20,000 nt of DNA from an uncultured virus (IMG/VR IMGVR_UViG_3300044627_003959) (Duplodnaviria > Heunggongvirae > Uroviricota > Caudoviricetes). Positions 10,101 through 19,052 of this stretch are shown here, in pieces (position 1 is the stretch's first letter; every line of letters starts with the position of its first letter). The translations under genes were made by a program, and so were the position numbers. Under the pieces are notes generated by a model. It worked only from the letters and a program-made list of their open reading frames with translations, searched no databases and had not been told where the DNA came from. The stretch lies in IMG/VR virus record IMGVR_UViG_3300044627_003959; one strand, given 5' to 3'.

Positions 10101-10158
10101 TAGCGCGGGAACTGATTTCCCTGGAGGATCCACTTTCGACGCAGTAACAGACAACTAA
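7123..10158 (+). CDS. large cysteine-rich repeat protein (DUF5977-like repeats), probable virion fibre/appendage, 1011 aa
   Basis: About 34 Cys by manual count; T/S/A-rich; no signal peptide. About eight degenerate units of type 'S..AN..A...A...L.C.Y.N......C', e.g. SYESKTAANEQAISLAQSQLSCIYCSD and AGEVVSMVSKADANKIAQSIADSRTIC. Confidence 0.65.
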   Translation: MDREQQRQLRRSTETSFSCTAEYSLPVVENVSPRPSASCDPPNEQPEPLPFVELVPCPPLPVPAVNLPDGLGIKSDPTVAYCPSTAGYSVTGTTAVSLSAGAISQNVIFTLLTDITDNQLNYLYEAVPGSSAAIVSAALSGATTSVVALTHLNYDQSEELIINIQTTKFTVDSLAVERARNLLLCQVENTVQNAACPTGSYTGSSALVPPSFEYTPTASVAASSVLVTFDLTPTSGGQTAFNIINIPSLTAAAAQANIIALSQAESQLRCVYANSTTTAACCTSEAPHNNLGYTYCVPATGPSITGSATAVGFYTVELNTIFSSVGAAEVNQLAAVLALNSLNCYFASDPVTVACTAYAPPYAYAANSTTSFSLPAGTIILNDLVSSVTAATEQATSIAVASLNCFWSNDPQSSTCPKSGTFTAINSQQYDLPASTANSISYTAGIEGDIVISYESKTAANEQAISLAQSQLSCIYCSDEVPPTCTGGVNETLGATANLVCSSLAIVAQNTALSLGSILLSTSGGQLNCCYGNDAVNNNIYCGTGAYRNPGSAFTSIDNFFIPENVITVCFSTTGAAPDPTLFQYSNLYAGTTPQAAACLDTTPCSVTSGSATALPALWASQTDLFSAITYGATFYSNTALAPYSFDPSYPYIVDRSFTYRSYRTVTGGTGYTEGLTAYSCSDFAAYTFRGATLGNYPGASGTLALQDIFCSSSGPTAGLITLYSDTLVPFSSSNTSAWYTDPCGLTAFNPVVDSSTAAQYYAGIIQDGIAAYIAFSTSGSNTAEYQGLYNLATCATGPWPDTNPSPTSSGSSYISYTPPSGTNDYKVQANDIAQNIVNNFVKCYYLNDFLIGKSCSIGETLIQLGSVAAGEVVSMVSKADANKIAQSIADSRTICFTEEQLKQGCAGTTISSPALLPILGKNLELKFEQAACSFTTSLTLEGSFNKTSIQNLPPAGVKQITLCGTAGTQNILIPYWDEGVVDETAAITILANSAGTDFPGGSTFDAVTDN

Positions 10159-10171
10159 ACATATAAAATTA

Positions 10172-10570
10172 ATGAGCAATATTGAGATATACATACTTGG
10201 TTCCGTCGCCGTAAGCAGCATGATGATGTGGTGGTTTAATACTAATTTACCCATCCATATTGTGCAGATAATTAAATGGTTGGGGTACAAGAAGAACGAT
10301 AAAAACTTCTGGTATTCTGAAACGCCTTGTCATCTATGGACTGATGCAGATCTTAGTGCTTGGAAAATGCAAAGTCTACCTGCATGGCTGGACGAACTAA
10401 CCTCATGCCCTGGGTGTCTTAGCATGCACTTCAGTTTTTGGTTCTCCTTATTTTTAAATTTAGTAACATGGCATGGTTACGAATCTTTTGTTATATTTCT
10501 GCTTGCATGGTTGGGCTGGCCGTATATTGCTAATGTTGCTTTAGCCTTTCTTAAAAAAATACAACACTAG
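10172..10570 (+). CDS. membrane protein with CxxC motif (DUF1360-like), 132 aa
   Basis: Hydrophobic N-terminal segment, then LDELTSCPGCLSMHFSFW followed by two hydrophobic helices. This matches my recollection of the DUF1360 signature 'ELL.CP.C.S.W'. Confidence 0.6.
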   Translation: MSNIEIYILGSVAVSSMMMWWFNTNLPIHIVQIIKWLGYKKNDKNFWYSETPCHLWTDADLSAWKMQSLPAWLDELTSCPGCLSMHFSFWFSLFLNLVTWHGYESFVIFLLAWLGWPYIANVALAFLKKIQH

Positions 10571-10572
10571 TT

Positions 10573-11091
10573 ATGAGCGAAACTGAAAACAATAACCCAC
10601 CGAGTGCCCCGCCTGTTAATTTAAGAAGTATTTATCTGTATAAGATTATACAGGGGCATAAGATTAAGTGGCAGATAAAAGTAAACAATGAAATGGTCAT
10701 CATTGATGAAGGTCCTGCCAATGTTGCGCAATTTAACAATATCTTGGCCGGGAAAGTAGAACCCCCGACAAATGTAGCCGGTGAAGTAACAAAAACTTAT
10801 TCTCTTACACCTACCGACAACTATAAGAAAGTTCTCGATGCGCGTGGTATTAAATATAATACTACAGCAAACGGGCAAATCATGGTGCAGGAAGTTCCAT
10901 ACAAAGAAAAAATGATTATGCAGTTTTTCGACATGGATGCTCCGCCTCCAACTGGAGACGGCGTTGACGCGCTGCGCGCTAAGTATAGACAAGAAATAGA
11001 AGAAGCCGGAGGTACAGCCGGTTGTACTGGCTGTAAGTTGAATTCCATTCAGAGAAAATTCAGAGAACTACTCAAAGATAAATTCAATTAA
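10573..11091 (+). CDS. hypothetical protein with C-terminal CxxC helix motif, 172 aa
   Basis: The C-terminus is AGCTGCKLNSIQRKFRELLK. These are the only two Cys in the protein. Confidence 0.7.
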   Translation: MSETENNNPPSAPPVNLRSIYLYKIIQGHKIKWQIKVNNEMVIIDEGPANVAQFNNILAGKVEPPTNVAGEVTKTYSLTPTDNYKKVLDARGIKYNTTANGQIMVQEVPYKEKMIMQFFDMDAPPPTGDGVDALRAKYRQEIEEAGGTAGCTGCKLNSIQRKFRELLKDKFN

Positions 11092-11288
11092 TGTCCGCTT
11101 CTTATGATCATCTCGTAGCAGGTATAGCAGCTTACCCTGACTTAGAACGTAGGTTGGCGGCTGAGATTTCATTCAATAAAAGCACTACAAAGAGCGGCTG
11201 TGGAAACTGCAAGACACAGCAAGTTATTCGTAAATATAAATCTCTTGTAGATTTGAGACGTAAAAAAGAACCTGGGCGCAGGTATTAA
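11091..11288 (+). CDS. small basic CxxC protein, 65 aa
   Basis: TAATG overlap with the upstream gene. The motif SGCGNCKTQQVIRKYKSLV resembles the C-terminus of the preceding protein. Confidence 0.7.
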   Translation: MSASYDHLVAGIAAYPDLERRLAAEISFNKSTTKSGCGNCKTQQVIRKYKSLVDLRRKKEPGRRY

Positions 11289-11289
11289 C

Positions 11290-11318
11290 TTGAAACTCAG
11301 TCATATTTAAACTATAAA
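11290..11318 (+). promoter_or_regulatory. sigma-70-type promoter for the sigma factor gene
   Basis: TTGAAA (11290-11295), a 17-bp spacer and TATAAA (11313-11318), each 5/6 to consensus. It lies in the only sizeable intergenic gap of the window (39 bp). Confidence 0.65.
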
Positions 11319-11327
11319 TGTAGTTAT

Positions 11328-12044
11328 ATGACTAGCGCAAAAATTTCAAATGTCGACACTGCGTATAATAGTTATCTAGCGGATCCTACCCCTGATAATC
11401 TATTTAGTGTAGTTGAACAGTTGAATCCCGTTATTAGCTACAGCTTATCCACTATCAATGCTACCACGGACAATTTAATTAAAAATAAAGCTAAAGTATT
11501 TGCAGCTGAGGCTATTAAAAAATTTAATCCTACTAGCGGGGCGTCTTTGCCTACTTGGGTCAGCGGTCAATTAATGCAGTTAAAGCGGTTTAGGCGCGAT
11601 GTCAATCAGCCCATAAAAGTACCTGAGCGCACGCAGCTTGATGCTTATACGCTGGCTCGCGCAGAACAGGAGTTTATAGACAAGAATAACCGGGAACCGG
11701 ATGTAGAGGAACTCTCCGACTTTTCAAAGATTCCAAGGAAGAGAATCGAAAAAATAAGACGCACCTTTAGGGCTATGCCGTCACAAGGTGCTATGGGTGA
11801 GGGTGCTTCTCAGTCAGAAACTGACTTTGGAACTGAGGCCCTGGATTACATATACAAGGATGCGGATAAAGTGGATAGAAAAATTATAGAGATGAAGCTG
11901 GGCTACGGCGGACGCTATGAGCCTATGGCTCCGAATAAGATATCCACAATGCTTGGGTTATCTCCCAGCCAACTGACCCGCAGATCCATAAAGCTTTCCT
12001 TGAAGTTACAAGAGATAGAAAAAAACCTACAAAGCATTCAATAA
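11328..12044 (+). CDS. RNA polymerase sigma-70 family sigma factor (group 3, SigB/SigF/FliA-like architecture), 238 aa
   Basis: Region 2-like AAEAIKKFNPTSGASLPTWVSGQL, linker QPIKVPER, region 3-like NREPDVEELSDFSKIPRKRIEKI, region 4 HTH-like DRKIIEMKLGYGG...NKISTMLGLSPSQLTRR. Confidence 0.85.
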   Translation: MTSAKISNVDTAYNSYLADPTPDNLFSVVEQLNPVISYSLSTINATTDNLIKNKAKVFAAEAIKKFNPTSGASLPTWVSGQLMQLKRFRRDVNQPIKVPERTQLDAYTLARAEQEFIDKNNREPDVEELSDFSKIPRKRIEKIRRTFRAMPSQGAMGEGASQSETDFGTEALDYIYKDADKVDRKIIEMKLGYGGRYEPMAPNKISTMLGLSPSQLTRRSIKLSLKLQEIEKNLQSIQ

Positions 12045-12045
12045 T

Positions 12046-12423
12046 ATGAGAATGATAGAAGAGTTTAAGTCGAAGCAAGCTACCGAGCGAATTAACGCTA
12101 TCAATGGTTGGGTACAGACCGTGCCTCAAAGATATGCGGTAGAGTATTACAGCTCTTTCGTTGACTTCACTGATAAATTAAAACGGCAAGCAGAAATAGA
12201 AAATTCAGAAGTTATTATTCAAAATGCCAGTAAGAGCGTGAACTTAGTTAAGCTGGCTCAGGCGCGAGCTAAATTAACTTATGCCGCTGCGCTGTATAGA
12301 GACTGTAAATACAGTTTAATGCATAGAGGTAGACTGCAAGAACTAAATATTCACAACATGTATAGAGAAGCGTATGAAGCTGGACGCGCAGCTAAAATAT
12401 CAGAAATAACACCATCATCTTAA
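12046..12423 (+). CDS. hypothetical helical protein, 125 aa
   Basis: Fills the gap exactly, with TAA-T-ATG junctions on both sides. No recognised motif. Confidence 0.65.
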   Translation: MRMIEEFKSKQATERINAINGWVQTVPQRYAVEYYSSFVDFTDKLKRQAEIENSEVIIQNASKSVNLVKLAQARAKLTYAAALYRDCKYSLMHRGRLQELNIHNMYREAYEAGRAAKISEITPSS

Positions 12424-12424
12424 T

Positions 12425-12820
12425 ATGGAAGGCTTAAAAGTAAATTTTACAAAAGATGATATTAGCATAAATACTGGAAGTAAAGTTTCAGATTTTGATG
12501 CTACTGTTCAGAATGCCTTAGTTAACATAGGCACGCGCGAAGGCACAGACAAAATATTCGCAGGCAAAGGAACAAGAATTCTGGATAGAGCAGTTGAAGG
12601 TAAGATCGTAGGCTTTAATGCCGCTAATCATGAATCTCAACTGGCTGCTGTCGACACCCTATTCTTTTCGAGAGAGTACGAGACATCCGCCTCAGATGCG
12701 ATTAAATTAGGAAATGTGGCTATGGCTCCGTTAACATACGACGGCAACAAACTAACAATAGAAGCGGCCTTTACAAATTTATCAAACTCACGCACGGTAG
12801 GTACCGTAACTAATTTATAA
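12425..12820 (+). CDS. putative baseplate wedge / sheath initiator (T4 gp25 / P2 gpW-like), 131 aa
   Basis: DATVQNALVNIGTREGTDKIFAGKGTRI resembles the gp25 'Q.I...L.T..GE....P.yG' motif. The size fits, and it directly precedes the baseplate J-like gene. Confidence 0.6.
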   Translation: MEGLKVNFTKDDISINTGSKVSDFDATVQNALVNIGTREGTDKIFAGKGTRILDRAVEGKIVGFNAANHESQLAAVDTLFFSREYETSASDAIKLGNVAMAPLTYDGNKLTIEAAFTNLSNSRTVGTVTNL

Positions 12821-12821
12821 T

Positions 12822-14558
12822 ATGGCACTAGATTTCATTAATACTTATTTTCCTGATGTAGCGGATATTAGTCAGGCCTCTCTTCTTTCTGCTAGAGAGA
12901 GATTGGATACTGTTCTAAAAAAGAAATATCCTAATCTCGATGCGCGCCCTAATTCAGTATTCGGAGATTTAGCGTTGTCTCCTTTTGCATATTTAGTTGC
13001 CGCCCACGAAATTGCCATGGAGAGATTCATGAGCGATTTGGACTTGGAACAAGTGGCGTCCGGTGTTGTGTACAATTGTGACTTCGTTAGTAAGTACATT
13101 CAGAACTTCGCTACTGTTGATCAAAAAACACTTCAATCATCAGGTGTTATCCGTCTAGTCTTTTGTGCTGATGACAGCTACACTATTGATAGAAGAGCTA
13201 GATTTTTATTTGATACTGGGAATGAGTTTACTTTAAGATTGCCTAACGCCGGGTCGTTGAGCGTATTGCCTGTAGGTTCCCTTCCGAGTCCTTACACAAA
13301 CGAATACGCATTAAAACAAATCTCTGAAACTAGCTACGCTATTGATATAGGTGTTGTGGGTACTATGACCGCGCAGGTCGTTGCGGGCGCTGTAGGTACT
13401 ACAGACTATCCAATAACGGATATGACAGATATTATAGCTGTCACCAATTTTGAATTTGGGTTACCCCCAGAGAGTCTCGCAACACTGGCGGCTAAAACAA
13501 GGGAGGCTTTCTACAGCGCCACATTAACTACAAGAACTGGAACCATAAACTATTTAAATAGAGAGTTTCCAGACTTAGCCTGTGTATCCCCTATAATTCC
13601 CGGGGACACGGCGGCTTTACGCGCGGCTGTAAATCCTTTAGGAGTGGCGAATGGTAAAATGGATGTATGCGTTCAATCTAGTAACTTTGGAACATCGATA
13701 GCTCAAACAATTAAGCTAGGATATAGCGCATCTGGTGCGTCCGGTCCTGCTTACTATGGTAAACTTGATTTTATTGAAGTTCCTCAGATTTTTGAATCTA
13801 TTCAATATGCCGGGGACGCCACTATAAGTTTAGGCGCAAAAGGACCAACGGGGGCTATTACTGTTTTAAGTCAGAGCACTGACTTTAGCAAGGCTCCTTT
13901 GCTTACTGCTGCTTACTCTGATTACGACGATTACTGGATTCGTATTGTAGCCCCAGGCGCATCTGGTTTTGATTTCGACCCTTTGAGTGACGGGTTGACT
14001 GGTCCCCAGTATAACTACTTTACAGTTAATTACCGCGCTGACCCGCTCGTTAAAGTTGTGGCGGATGCGTTAGCTAGCTCAGATTTAACACCTATTGGTG
14101 TGGATGTTCTGGTAAAAGGATACGTTCCAATATATATCAATTCTCTGTTAATAACTTACACAAAGAGACCTGGAGTGCGTGTCGCTTTAGACACAGCCAA
14201 GACAGAGATATTTAATTACTTCAAGACTTTAGGTTATAATAAAGTTTACGCTGCAAGTAAGATATACGACGCATTGTTCTATGCAGGCGCAGATGACGTA
14301 GTTTCTATATCTGTTAACTCTCAAGTTCAATGGTCAGTGGCCGATAAGATTTTACCTGCGTCAGTTACAGCAGACCCTAGTACACAAGATGGATTCGATG
14401 CTGCATATAGTGCGGGCCTTACGGCTCCCTCGCCCGTTCTCAATAATTTATCCGCTACAGCCGCGCCTGAATTTACGACATACAGCGTTTTAGAAGTGCG
14501 TAACCGTGGGTATTATCTGCCTATAGATAATATACTTTTCTCAGAAGTGATATACTAA
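12822..14558 (+). CDS. baseplate J-like / T4 gp6-like wedge protein, 578 aa
   Basis: N-terminal helical 'YPNLDARPNSVFGDL..PFAYL', 'SSGVIRLVF' strand, 'G...ESLATLAAKTREAF' (typical E-S/T-D-x-x-L-R-x-R position), and C-terminal 'KTEIFNYFKTLGYNKVYAASKIYDAL...GADDV'. Confidence 0.75.
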   Translation: MALDFINTYFPDVADISQASLLSARERLDTVLKKKYPNLDARPNSVFGDLALSPFAYLVAAHEIAMERFMSDLDLEQVASGVVYNCDFVSKYIQNFATVDQKTLQSSGVIRLVFCADDSYTIDRRARFLFDTGNEFTLRLPNAGSLSVLPVGSLPSPYTNEYALKQISETSYAIDIGVVGTMTAQVVAGAVGTTDYPITDMTDIIAVTNFEFGLPPESLATLAAKTREAFYSATLTTRTGTINYLNREFPDLACVSPIIPGDTAALRAAVNPLGVANGKMDVCVQSSNFGTSIAQTIKLGYSASGASGPAYYGKLDFIEVPQIFESIQYAGDATISLGAKGPTGAITVLSQSTDFSKAPLLTAAYSDYDDYWIRIVAPGASGFDFDPLSDGLTGPQYNYFTVNYRADPLVKVVADALASSDLTPIGVDVLVKGYVPIYINSLLITYTKRPGVRVALDTAKTEIFNYFKTLGYNKVYAASKIYDALFYAGADDVVSISVNSQVQWSVADKILPASVTADPSTQDGFDAAYSAGLTAPSPVLNNLSATAAPEFTTYSVLEVRNRGYYLPIDNILFSEVIY

Positions 14559-15985
14559 TGAATAACTTACTAAAAAATAAACATTCCATTTTTGGTTCCT
14601 TAGGCGACTTCTGGTACAGGCAACAGACAGAAGACAATCCTGATGGGGTTCAGCTGGCTCGCACTATTACCCATTTGGTAGATGGAGATAATGTTATAGG
14701 TCAAATGAGTAGTATCATGCAGAATTTGAGCGGAGAAATGCAAAGTTACAACGGCAATCTCACTCATACATTTAATCCTAAAGATGTTAGGATATTGAAT
14801 TTTAATCCGCAGCAGAGGTACACAACTGGAAGCTACCCTACAATAACAATTGATAAACCTATACAATATTCTTTACCCAATACTGGTGCGCTGCAAATTG
14901 ACGCGTTAAGTCCCACTGCTGACCCTGAAAATTTAACCACGGCAGCAGAAAACACATTAGCAGACAACGATTACGGTAACTTCTGGTTTGAGTTAGAAGA
15001 TGCTAATAGAGCTGTTCTGTTTTCTACAGATCAGGCGCGCCCTCTTTATTTTGTCCCAGTACCATACAACATTAATCCTATTAGCATCACGACTAAGGAT
15101 AGAGAATTAACGATAGGTTGTAGTTTTAGAGCGGGGCCTGGTTACATACTGCTGTTTGAGGATCCCTCCGTATTGTTCCCGAATAACATCATTGTATTTA
15201 GAAGTGTTACTAATGATAAATCGCATCCGATGGATTATACATATCAAGTTGATAATGTGTATTCAGACGGAAGATATGTTGCGACTTATATGCGACAAAC
15301 CAGCTCAGCATATGCTTTACGTTTAGCTTTAGCTGCGGTGGCCGGGTTGCCTATATTGTTCAACGATTCTATTCTGCAGCAAGTAATTAGCAACTATGAT
15401 GTAATTATATATGAATTTGACTCACAGGTAATACGTGTGCCTGTGTATATAGAGCATGACACTTTAGTTGTCGGCACCACTTACCCGGCAGGAACTATAT
15501 TCGGCGCAGATTATATTAAAGTTTATTCTGCGTCTAATGTCTCTGACTCCCCGTGGTACAGAACTCCTGATTTGAATGATGTGTGGACTACAGAAGGTTT
15601 AAAACTTAATAACATATCTCCTTTCAGCGGGGTAGTAATTAATGATACTATCGGAACTTTCGCTTACAATGGCGCAACTGGCGGTGGAGGCACTTCTCAT
15701 TATTATTTATCTACTACAGGCGTGACAGGTAGTAATACAGCAGGGTACTGGGCCTTTGTGCGTAATGCGGAAACTTACTCTGGGCGCTATATCGCCGATA
15801 TAAGCGGTGTAACGCTCGGAGCTACGGCAAATTGCATAGACTTTTATTTTGATAATATGCTAACTTATAACTCTGTAGTTATAAAATTAAGAACAAAAGA
15901 ATTAGGCTCTGAGAAACATAGTAATGTTTTATCTTTCTTGCAAAGAAATTTGCCTATTAACGTCACACCTATTATATTAAGCTAA
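14558..15985 (+). CDS. putative second baseplate wedge protein (P2 gpI / T4 gp7-like position), 475 aa
   Basis: Follows the J-like gene with a TAATG overlap. 'SAYALRLALAAVAGLP' and the terminal 'FLQRNLPINVTPII' resemble the conserved helix and 'k/l-P-a-h' end of this class. Confidence 0.5.
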   Translation: MNNLLKNKHSIFGSLGDFWYRQQTEDNPDGVQLARTITHLVDGDNVIGQMSSIMQNLSGEMQSYNGNLTHTFNPKDVRILNFNPQQRYTTGSYPTITIDKPIQYSLPNTGALQIDALSPTADPENLTTAAENTLADNDYGNFWFELEDANRAVLFSTDQARPLYFVPVPYNINPISITTKDRELTIGCSFRAGPGYILLFEDPSVLFPNNIIVFRSVTNDKSHPMDYTYQVDNVYSDGRYVATYMRQTSSAYALRLALAAVAGLPILFNDSILQQVISNYDVIIYEFDSQVIRVPVYIEHDTLVVGTTYPAGTIFGADYIKVYSASNVSDSPWYRTPDLNDVWTTEGLKLNNISPFSGVVINDTIGTFAYNGATGGGGTSHYYLSTTGVTGSNTAGYWAFVRNAETYSGRYIADISGVTLGATANCIDFYFDNMLTYNSVVIKLRTKELGSEKHSNVLSFLQRNLPINVTPIILS

Positions 15986-16390
15986 ATGGAAATTACCTTA
16001 CAACGTGATGGGTTGGCTGTGCAGAATTTAGGCGGACAGCAAGTCTGGCCTCTCAAGATCACAGCAACTTTAGCTGCGGATTCCACGATGCCTTCAGATA
16101 AAATATTTGTTTATCATGCCAGTATGGCAGACGATGCATACGAGGGAGATATATTCGAATGCGTAGCTAGTATTCAGCAATACTATGATCTGCCTGTCGA
16201 TGCCGCCGTTGCTGAAGGTATGGACTATGTTGTTCCTTATTATCGGTTAAACTTTGTGCAGTTAAACTGTCTTTCCCCGGAAGAAGCAGATGAACTTTGG
16301 AGTGATATAATTTCCGACACTAAAGATTTGATAACTAATTTTTACGCGAAGGACGATTTATCCGAAAGCGAAACAATATCTCTGCCATAA
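15986..16390 (+). CDS. hypothetical acidic protein (probably structural), 134 aa
   Basis: Abuts the upstream stop (TAAATG) and lies between wedge and fibre genes. Confidence 0.65.
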   Translation: MEITLQRDGLAVQNLGGQQVWPLKITATLAADSTMPSDKIFVYHASMADDAYEGDIFECVASIQQYYDLPVDAAVAEGMDYVVPYYRLNFVQLNCLSPEEADELWSDIISDTKDLITNFYAKDDLSESETISLP

Positions 16391-16393
16391 TAA

Positions 16394-18682
<2,289 letters not shown>

Positions 18683-18683
18683 T

Positions 18684-19049
18684 ATGGCCACATTTTCAAA
18701 AATATTATTGTCTCAAAGTACAGACGGCGCGGGAGTAGCGCTAACTTCAACAGCAGCCCCAGGCGTGCTGGTCCATGCAACACAATCTAGTACCGGTACT
18801 TATGATGAAGTTTGGTTATACGCTAACAACATTAGTGCAGCTGATGTTTCGATTAATGTTTATTGGGGAAGTACAGGGAGTACTAACTATATAGGCCCTG
18901 TAATAATTCAAGCTTACGCAGGACCCACACTAGTGTCTCCCGGATTAGTTCTGCGCGGTACCGGTTCTACTAGCAGTGTTATTTACAGTACCGCGTCCGC
19001 AACTGGTAGTATAAATTTGTTCGGTTATATAAATAGAATAACTGCATAA
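18684..19049 (+). CDS. small beta-rich hypothetical virion protein, 121 aa
   Basis: S/T/G-rich, with the motif YDEVWLYANN...LVSPGLVL...INLFGYINRI. It lies between two fibre/adhesin-like genes with a TAA-T-ATG junction. Confidence 0.65.
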   Translation: MATFSKILLSQSTDGAGVALTSTAAPGVLVHATQSSTGTYDEVWLYANNISAADVSINVYWGSTGSTNYIGPVIIQAYAGPTLVSPGLVLRGTGSTSSVIYSTASATGSINLFGYINRITA

Positions 19050-19052
19050 TTT

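Noticed and set aside
10172..10570. Membrane protein as a holin
   Set aside because: It is a small multi-TM protein, but no endolysin or spanin is adjacent, and the CPGC/DUF1360-like motif is not a holin feature I know. Not formally excluded.
1840..15985. Interpretation as a bacterial eCIS, tailocin or T6SS locus
   Set aside because: No Afp15-type ATPase, Tss membrane complex or host genes are seen. The frameshifted chaperone pair, dense packing and multiple fibres fit a phage better. It cannot be fully excluded because capsid, sheath and tube genes are outside the window.
19028..19035. TATAAATA (T4 late promoter consensus) here and at 1613, 6073 and 8394
   Set aside because: All are within coding sequence of an AT-rich genome, only this one is near a start codon, and the encoded sigma has regions 3-4 unlike gp55. 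Not distinguishable from chance without a genome-wide count.
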